64,000 nt of DNA, taken from an uncultured virus (IMG/VR IMGVR_UViG_3300017963_000256) (lineage: Duplodnaviria; Heunggongvirae; Uroviricota; Caudoviricetes). Made by a program: the position numbers and the translations under genes. The notes below the pieces were generated by a model, which was not told the DNA's origin, searched no databases, and saw only the letters and a list, made by a program, of their open reading frames with translations. The stretch lies in IMG/VR virus record IMGVR_UViG_3300017963_000256; one strand, written 5' to 3'. Shown here piece by piece: positions 57,841 to 64,000 of this stretch; the first letter of the stretch is position 1, and every line of letters starts with the position of its first letter.

Positions 57841-58222
57841 CTTTCAAACCCCTTATGACCGGTAGTCGTTTGTATTCTTTTCTGATAACTATCATTGTGT
57901 TTCTATCAATACCTTTTTTGCAATATCCATACACGTTCTCACAGTATTCAGGACGTTCTTTTAACATCTCAGCAATTTCAAAAATGTATTTATTCTCTAG
58001 TCCTGTAATCCCTCTTTTCTGCATAGAATTATGAATCTTCATGAAACTGTTAACGACAGGCTTCATTTCCGGTTGATCTTTGATCAAAACAGCAATTCTG
58101 TCGTACTCTTCTTTGCCAATTTCGTGGATGTACGTAAAAAGAGTTACCAGACCCCAAAAAATCAAAAGAACAAAAATCGCCAAGAATGTGAGTGGTAAAA
58201 TCGCTTCTTTTGCATCATTCAT
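57788..58222 (-). CDS. Single-TM paralog family member
   Basis: TM helix plus EIGKEEYDRIAVLIKDQPEMKPVV. Confidence 0.6.
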   Translation of the reverse strand: MNDAKEAILPLTFLAIFVLLIFWGLVTLFTYIHEIGKEEYDRIAVLIKDQPEMKPVVNSFMKIHNSMQKRGITGLENKYIFEIAEMLKERPEYCENVYGYCKKGIDRNTMIVIRKEYKRLPVIRGLKDVDTERDNSGTDPNKQE

Positions 58223-58500
58223 TTATTTTCTCCCAACTTCTTAACTAACTGATCCATCGCCTCTATAATAGGCATGGACTCCCATTTTCTTTTTTCCATG
58301 ACTGCCAACATCTCACAAGGACCCAAACCGCCACGCTCTGCCAACCGCTGTAATGTCTGACCGCCATGATTCCGTTTTGCCGTCTCTTCATCCAATAATT
58401 CCATCGAAACAGAATCCGGATACTTCCAGAGATCAGTCCGTAGTTTCCTTTTGTTAAAATAATCGATAAGAATTGGCATTTCTTTGTACATGTTTTTCAC
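58219..58500 (-). CDS. Hypothetical phage protein
   Basis: NHGGQTLQRLAERGGL motif; coupled ORF. Confidence 0.6.
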   Translation of the reverse strand: MKNMYKEMPILIDYFNKRKLRTDLWKYPDSVSMELLDEETAKRNHGGQTLQRLAERGGLGPCEMLAVMEKRKWESMPIIEAMDQLVKKLGENK

Positions 58501-58805
58501 TTATATAATTTCAGTTCTTTGAAAAAAGGATCCCACTCTTTCCGTGGCTTAAACACCATAGCCACTTCCTGATTCCCCAAAGTGGATTCCGTAATAACCC
58601 TATGATCCTTTAAAAAAGATGCTCTCAAATACTCTGATTTATCGACTTTGCATACAACCTTCTTGAACGACACTTCCATCCATTCCTGAACGTCCCTGTC
58701 ATCAAACCATTCAAGATATGCAATCAGAGAGGCATGCGCTACTGCAACAATCGCATTCCCCACCGGAATATCATCTTTAACCAGAATATACATTTTCATC
58801 TTCAT
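58497..58805 (-). CDS. Pth2-like peptidyl-tRNA hydrolase (second copy)
   Basis: KMYILVK.DIP.G....AHASL...W...FKKVVCKV...FKPR. Confidence 0.75.
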   Translation of the reverse strand: MKMKMYILVKDDIPVGNAIVAVAHASLIAYLEWFDDRDVQEWMEVSFKKVVCKVDKSEYLRASFLKDHRVITESTLGNQEVAMVFKPRKEWDPFFKELKLYK

Positions 58806-59449
58806 CCCTTAATAATTTTATTTAATGATTCTTTCGTGTTCTTAATCAAATCCGGTGACACGTTAGTGTAATGGTCCTTGCTGTACCAGTCCGTATCCAC
58901 CAGAGGCAAAAATACCTCTGCCAATTTAACGGGGTTTTTCTGAAGTTTGTCGTCATCAGGATTGCTGAAATTATAATGATAATCATTGTCGCCATGATGA
59001 AAACGAACGAATTTCTTCAAAACATCCGCATCGAATTTGCCGTGATTTTCAGGAATTTCTTCCCCATACAATCCGCCGCCAACACCCGTTACCATGGATT
59101 CCATAAAAGAATGGAAAAACATGGAAGCAAATCTTTCATAAATGCTTTCCTCTTTTTCCTCCACCTTTTCACGCGGAACTTCATGAATCCTGTCCGCTTC
59201 TTCCGCTTTCTTCGTGGAAACTTTCAGCAGTTCACGGTAACGTTTCTTCTCTTTGACAGGCGGATCATCCGAAGAGAATTCATCATTGAAATGTTCAACG
59301 CACATGAAAATACTACCAACACGAACCATGTATCTGTGAACCGAATCACAAATGACACAACTCGCATTAGGAACAACATGAACACTTTTTCTTTCAATGT
59401 TCGCCAGTACGTCAATCCATTTCGAAAGTTCGCTCATTTCTCCTCCCAA
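58802..59449 (-). CDS. Hypothetical protein
   Basis: CVIC...C..H motif. Confidence 0.55.
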   Translation of the reverse strand: MGGEMSELSKWIDVLANIERKSVHVVPNASCVICDSVHRYMVRVGSIFMCVEHFNDEFSSDDPPVKEKKRYRELLKVSTKKAEEADRIHEVPREKVEEKEESIYERFASMFFHSFMESMVTGVGGGLYGEEIPENHGKFDADVLKKFVRFHHGDNDYHYNFSNPDDDKLQKNPVKLAEVFLPLVDTDWYSKDHYTNVSPDLIKNTKESLNKIIKG

Positions 59450-59450
59450 A

Positions 59451-59810
59451 TCAGTTCATATAAGGATCAGCATCCTCTTCGCCAGTATCCATCTCATGTT
59501 CTTCGTATTCGCCAGATGCCATAGCTTTCAGCAGAGTGCAACATTCAAGACAGACAACAAAAGACACCTGTGAGTCGGGCAGCTTTAAGACAATTCTCCT
59601 GAACGAAAGAGGCTGAACAGCGGCTTGCAGATCCCCTTCCTGTTCTGGTCCATCCGGTTTCCTGATGATAATACTTTCCGAACCAACCTTACGTTTGCAA
59701 ATTCTGCAATTAAACGACAGTTCACCTTCTTGCGCATCCTCTTTCGAAAAAGTCGTAAATTCCAATGTCCGCATCACATTCCCCTTATCCAGTAAGAGTT
59801 TCAGAGTCAT
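59451..59810 (-). CDS. Hypothetical zinc-binding protein
   Basis: CRIC...CLEC. Confidence 0.55.
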   Translation of the reverse strand: MTLKLLLDKGNVMRTLEFTTFSKEDAQEGELSFNCRICKRKVGSESIIIRKPDGPEQEGDLQAAVQPLSFRRIVLKLPDSQVSFVVCLECCTLLKAMASGEYEEHEMDTGEEDADPYMN

Positions 59811-60291
59811 ATGTCACTGTTCGCTTGAGAAGACGAAACCCAGTAACATCTATTTTAGTACGCCTGCCAATGCATCCTTCGGGCTGTTCCTTTTCAAAAG
59901 CACGCGCCCGCTTCATCATAAATTCAAGCTGTTCATCCGTAGGACGATCATAAAAACTGATACCTACAGACAAATAAGCAGGATATTTATCTTTTTTATC
60001 CGGACCTTCACCATCCCGATAATGTTTGCCCATCCCATCATTCCACCAACCGGGAGTCGGTTCAATATGGACTATCGTATCATGCTCTGCGTCAGGATGA
60101 CGATATGAATTGTTCAAAAGATCATCAAACCACTGAACAGGCTTCAGTTTCACACATTCGTCAGCGTATCCGAGGGTCCATTCATGGAAGTATTCTTCTT
60201 TTCTTCCTGTACACCATGCGCAAAGTTCACGCTCGAAATAACCCGCATACTGCTCTGTGTCAATGACGAAAATGTACGTTGAATAACCCAT
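59785..60291 (-). CDS. Hypothetical phage protein
   Basis: MGYSTYIFVIDTEQYAGYFERELCAWCTG; ATG after AGGG. Confidence 0.6.
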   Translation of the reverse strand: MGYSTYIFVIDTEQYAGYFERELCAWCTGRKEEYFHEWTLGYADECVKLKPVQWFDDLLNNSYRHPDAEHDTIVHIEPTPGWWNDGMGKHYRDGEGPDKKDKYPAYLSVGISFYDRPTDEQLEFMMKRARAFEKEQPEGCIGRRTKIDVTGFRLLKRTVTYDSETLTG

Positions 60292-60299
60292 GTTTTCCC

Positions 60300-60428
60300 T
60301 TACGATGCCATTGCGCTGATTGCCGCAAAAATCCATTTCACAACACTCATCACCATGATAATAATGAAAAGCCAAACCGGAATGTGTCCGGATAATGTCA
60401 ATGCAAATGCTAAAAGACTGACTCTCAT
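60300..60428 (-). CDS. Small hydrophobic peptide, 42 aa (not in ORF track)
   Basis: AGGAGG ribosome-binding site; ACGTATAGTAG at 60442-60452; MRVSLLAFALTL... Confidence 0.55.
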   Translation of the reverse strand: MRVSLLAFALTLSGHIPVWLFIIIMVMSVVKWIFAAISAMAS

Positions 60429-60500
60429 AATTTCCTCCTGCCTACTATACGTAAAAAATCCCGAATCTCATAGAAATTCTCAAAATATTCTTAAATCATG

Positions 60501-60770
60501 CTACCGCCGTCGCTTACTCCGTTTCGCCTTGAATTCACCTTTCCGACCACGGATCCATTTCAGATACTTCGACATATCTGGCTGTTTCAAAAGATCTTCA
60601 AACGACATCAAAGCCAGTTCTTTCTCCGTATATAAGGCATGAACCTGACGATGACACGTCTTACACGCAGGAACAGTATCATCATTCTTCCCACCACGGG
60701 ATTTTGGCTTTATGTGATGCTTACTAGTGGACTTAACATCACGAAAACAAATTCCACATTGCTTTTCCAT
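60501..60770 (-). CDS. HNH endonuclease
   Basis: CGIC...HHIKPKSRGG...CKTCHRQVH; ACGTATAATAG at 60777-60787. Confidence 0.85.
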   Translation of the reverse strand: MEKQCGICFRDVKSTSKHHIKPKSRGGKNDDTVPACKTCHRQVHALYTEKELALMSFEDLLKQPDMSKYLKWIRGRKGEFKAKRSKRRR

Positions 60771-60826
60771 AGCTTCCTATTATACGTAAAAGTGAGGAAA
60801 TTAGACAAAAAAAAATCCCCACGATC

Positions 60827-60846
60827 CGAAAATCGCGGGGAATTTT
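60827..60846 (-). terminator. Rho-independent terminator
   Basis: Minus strand CCCCGCGAT...ATCGTGGGG followed by a T run (approximate bounds). Confidence 0.65.
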
Positions 60847-60866
60847 AATATTTTCTACGTCTTAAA

Positions 60867-61058
60867 TCAGACGTTGCTTTTTTCAATAATGGTCGTGTCG
60901 TCCAAATCACTACCCAAATCTTCTCCAAAAACACGACGGTTGTAACCGCGCATCGCTACCGAAATCGCGATCTCATCAATGGCGTCCGCTTCCTTGCGGC
61001 AATCCATCTGTTCCAGTTTTACAGCCAAATTAGCCATTTCCCTCAGTACTTCTTTCAT
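60867..61058 (-). CDS. Small protein consisting mostly of the LA..L[DE]...EA..ID module
   Basis: MKEVLREMANLAVKLEQMDCRKEADAIDEI; GAGGT-N17-GAAT at 61116-61141. Confidence 0.55.
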   Translation of the reverse strand: MKEVLREMANLAVKLEQMDCRKEADAIDEIAISVAMRGYNRRVFGEDLGSDLDDTTIIEKSNV

Positions 61059-61232
61059 CCTACTCAAGCCTCCAATTAAAACATCCACTAAAGTAAACGA
61101 ACACGTCATCTGCATATTCCGATTTATAACGATTAAACCTCGTTCAGTGTTCATTAATTTTTTTTACTCCATCAAAAAACCCCGCATACAACGCAGGGTT
61201 TATGCCTTCTCTGATATATGGTATACATTACA

Positions 61233-61916
61233 TCAGGTGATTCCTGCATGAAATTTGTCAAATAACCTCTCATAGATGTTGTTCCAATCCGCATCAGGAT
61301 ACTTCTCCTTAGACTTCTCGCACAGGAACTTCGCCGCCTCCTCACCTTGTTTTTCGTCCAAATTATAGTCGGGGTAAAGCTTTTTCATTTCCCGCATAAT
61401 ATTTTCATCAAGAGCAATATCATCATAAATCTTCTGTGGTAACTCAAAATCAGGCTTCTCAGACTTCTCAATGTCTTCTACCGTTAGATTGGGTTCCCAA
61501 TTCTCCAACATTCTTTCTATAATGTCCTGAGTTACACCATGAGTATTCCGCTTTGCCAACTCCTCTGCATCAAATCTCCACGGCGTCTCCGCTTCACGAA
61601 TCTCGATCTCATAACCATTCTTCTTCGCCATATCCACATATTCTTTGGCTTCCCATGCCCGAACATTCGTATTGTCAATCACAACGGGAGAAATTCCTTT
61701 TTCTACTGCGTCCTGTGCCCTCTGACGAGTCCAATCATGGGCTTCCTGCATCTTGTCAGGAATAAACTCGTATTCCCCATCCTGTTCCCAAAAATCATCC
61801 GTACTCAATATAACGCCGCCTTCTCCAAGTTCTTTTGCCAACGTGGACTTCCCTGATCCAGAAACACCACGCATAATAATCATCTTTTTCTCTTGGGCGA
61901 CTTTATACCAATTCAT
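61233..61916 (-). CDS. P-loop kinase (AAA_33 / N4BP2-like polynucleotide kinase) with MNWYKVAQ leader
   Basis: RGVSGSGKST, STDDF, VIDNTN, RNTHGV. Confidence 0.85.
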   Translation of the reverse strand: MNWYKVAQEKKMIIMRGVSGSGKSTLAKELGEGGVILSTDDFWEQDGEYEFIPDKMQEAHDWTRQRAQDAVEKGISPVVIDNTNVRAWEAKEYVDMAKKNGYEIEIREAETPWRFDAEELAKRNTHGVTQDIIERMLENWEPNLTVEDIEKSEKPDFELPQKIYDDIALDENIMREMKKLYPDYNLDEKQGEEAAKFLCEKSKEKYPDADWNNIYERLFDKFHAGIT

Positions 61917-62635
61917 TAACCTACTCCTATCTTAACGTATCCATTCTCAGTAGCCCAATCACAAACCGACTGTAAGCGATCCAAATATGATAAAGCTTGA
62001 TCGTCCTGCACCAGCATTACATGAACATTGCCGCCAGACATTTCTTTTCTTTCCCTATTCTCTTCCTGTAATTTGTTTTTCAAAGTACTTCTGGCAAGAT
62101 CTATCTTTTGAGAAATCTGCCATGTGTCAAACGAATGTTGATCAAGATTTAACCCTAATAAATCCTCAAATAAAAAACGCATATTGGCATTACTTAAATG
62201 CATCTTAGGAGGATTGTTTATTTCCTGAGAAGGCAATTCAATAATAGGAAATCTTACCACATTAGAATCAAAAATACCACTTTTCTCATAAATAAGATCA
62301 CCAAATTTAACACCTTTTTCACCTAATATATACTTCAACATAGATACAATCTTCGGTAGTTTGCTCTCTGGCAAACCTACTATATAAAAATTCATCACTC
62401 CGCTAGGTTTATCCCAACTGTAACCATCAGGGGCCAAAACTTCCATAGGACGATTTTGCTTCCAATGTTCCATCTCTTCATTTGTCAAAATCTTACTAAG
62501 CAAAGTAAAAAAATCATGACTAAGAGCAAAACAAAGATGTAAAATGTTATCCACTTCCTGATCATATGTATGATCTACTACATACACGTCCATTGAGGCA
62601 AATTTGCAAGTTTTTGCGACTTTGTACCAATTCAT
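61916..62635 (-). CDS. Hypothetical protein with MNWYKVAK leader
   Basis: 239 aa, coupled ORF. Confidence 0.6.
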   Translation of the reverse strand: MNWYKVAKTCKFASMDVYVVDHTYDQEVDNILHLCFALSHDFFTLLSKILTNEEMEHWKQNRPMEVLAPDGYSWDKPSGVMNFYIVGLPESKLPKIVSMLKYILGEKGVKFGDLIYEKSGIFDSNVVRFPIIELPSQEINNPPKMHLSNANMRFLFEDLLGLNLDQHSFDTWQISQKIDLARSTLKNKLQEENRERKEMSGGNVHVMLVQDDQALSYLDRLQSVCDWATENGYVKIGVG

Positions 62636-63159
62636 TTTTGGCTTTCATTCAAATGCGGAAATGGAACGGAAGGAACATCCTTCCCCAAAAACTTACATAA
62701 CTTTTTCCAACCATCTCCTTCTTGTACATCAAAATAAAGCACATCGCGGGAAGAAAAATAAGCCATAATCCCCTGATAATGCCTTATAAATGTTGACCTC
62801 CAAGCTTTCTTGTCATAATGAAACATCCCATGAATACGAAAACGATTCTCTAAAATCTGAGCCTTAGTATCTATCCGCATTCCCTTGTTTTTTCGATCAG
62901 AAGATGCAGACCAGTCATCTATATCCCTGATCGTTACTATAAACTTTGCATTCGGATAAAGATAATCCAGAAACTTGTAACGACTTGCCACATATAAATC
63001 ATTACAAAAATCATGTTTTTCAATCTCTTCAAGAGATCGAGGAGCATGAATGGCACTGTAACCAAGAATCTGCATCGCTCTGCATAAACTTGTTGTGCCC
63101 GTCCTTCCGATACCAATATCAAAGATCTTACAATCAGGACGTTGTCCTAGTTCCGTCAC
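62632..63159 (-). CDS. Sulfotransferase-family P-loop protein
   Basis: IGIGRTGTTSL..A..ILGY, YPNAKFIVTIRD..W..S, GWKKLCKFLG..VP..PFPHLN. Confidence 0.8.
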   Translation of the reverse strand: MTELGQRPDCKIFDIGIGRTGTTSLCRAMQILGYSAIHAPRSLEEIEKHDFCNDLYVASRYKFLDYLYPNAKFIVTIRDIDDWSASSDRKNKGMRIDTKAQILENRFRIHGMFHYDKKAWRSTFIRHYQGIMAYFSSRDVLYFDVQEGDGWKKLCKFLGKDVPSVPFPHLNESQK

Positions 63160-63434
63160 GTTAATCCGCCTTCAATCATGCCCTTCAAATGATACTCAAT
63201 GGCATCCCATTCACCATTGCTCTCCGCGCCATATTTGTCCTTCATTGAACCCATGATCATTCGGACTGCAGCACGAGTATGTTTGAAATTGTGGTTGTAC
63301 TCCGGATATTCCTCATATGCCTGTCCCCATGCCTCAGAATCAACTTCTTTACGGTAAATCCTGAAAGCATCTGCACGGCTGCCAGAATAACCAACCATCT
63401 CAATCAAATTCTCTATTTCTTGGTTCGTGAACAT
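63156..63434 (-). CDS. Hypothetical protein
   Basis: 92-aa coupled ORF. Confidence 0.55.
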   Translation of the reverse strand: MFTNQEIENLIEMVGYSGSRADAFRIYRKEVDSEAWGQAYEEYPEYNHNFKHTRAAVRMIMGSMKDKYGAESNGEWDAIEYHLKGMIEGGLT

Positions 63435-63435
63435 C

Positions 63436-63768
63436 TTAGCCCAATAGATTCTTGATCGCTGTTAAATGTTGACCAATCTGCTGGCACGTTGCCTGATCTG
63501 CATTAGATTCACGCATCTCTTCATAAAGATTACGCATCTCTGAAATGCACTGAATCGGAGATGTGAAATATCCAGCCGACTCTGGTACTTCTTCAACAAC
63601 CAATCCAGCAGGACGCCCTTCAGGAACAATCACCTGATCACCCGGCATGTCTTTGTATTTCGGATCAATCGCTGCTTCTTTGTTTTCCTCTGAAGGAATA
63701 GGGCGAACTTTACCATCGCCACCCAACAGATCTTTCAATTCTCCTGCTTGAATCTTGAAATCAGACAT
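63436..63768 (-). CDS. Hypothetical protein
   Basis: GGAG ribosome-binding site before MSDFK. Confidence 0.55.
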   Translation of the reverse strand: MSDFKIQAGELKDLLGGDGKVRPIPSEENKEAAIDPKYKDMPGDQVIVPEGRPAGLVVEEVPESAGYFTSPIQCISEMRNLYEEMRESNADQATCQQIGQHLTAIKNLLG

Positions 63769-63781
63769 TTTGTTTCTCCAA

Positions 63782-64000
63782 TTAAACAAAGGCACCCGGA
63801 AACATTCCTTTAATATCTTGATACATTTTGGTATCGGATAAATCTATTTCTTCACTTTCTACCATTGCCTTAAAGATGTTCTTAAAAGCTTGTTTCAATT
63901 CTGCTTCACTCACTGCTGGACCGCCCCCGTCGATACTTTCAATAATGGGCGTGGCTTCCGCAATCGCTTCAGAAAGTTTCTGATCATCTATAAGATCTGT
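63782..64000 (-). CDS. Hypothetical protein (5' end outside window)
   Basis: Open frame from the window edge to TAA at 63782. Confidence 0.5.
   Translation of the reverse strand, partial: TDLIDDQKLSEAIAEATPIIESIDGGGPAVSEAELKQAFKNIFKAMVESEEIDLSDTKMYQDIKGMFPGAFV

Noticed and set aside
825..64000. Genome-wide TAG recoding (code 15/16) implied by the suppressor tRNA
   Set aside because: All large genes are uninterrupted in the standard code, and reading through the TAG-ending genes I checked adds no recognisable domain.

Overview
This window looks like part of a large tailed dsDNA phage genome. Bases ~0.8-35 kb form one minus-strand head/packaging block: HK97-like major capsid protein, decoration protein, a 1885-aa prohead protease/scaffold, a portal fused to a DUF559-type nuclease, and the large terminase. 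Many putative head-associated proteins in this block share short sequence tags, and enzymes are interleaved among them (WYL, DUF192, AAA+ ATPase, a CCA-type nucleotidyltransferase, a sigma-factor-domain protein). Bases ~37-64 kb are accessory: RusA-like resolvase, HAD nucleotidase, RNase HII, ClpC, vWA, a CoaB-like fusion, methyltransferase, stand-alone MshEN, Hsp20, two Pth2-like hydrolases, a P-loop kinase, HNH and many small ORFs. Two recurring promoter motifs (AAGGA-N17-GAAT-like and ACGTATAATAG) and a complete sigma54/IHF promoter are visible. The best candidate for an undescribed system is at 51.36-52.37 kb: an amber-suppressor tRNA(CUA), then a short ORF with its own ribosome-binding site and an in-frame TAG ahead of an RPPP motif, then an unknown gene and a Pth2-like gene. 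It may be an amber-readthrough or ribosome-stalling sensor. All calls come from reading motifs by eye; no database searches were run.
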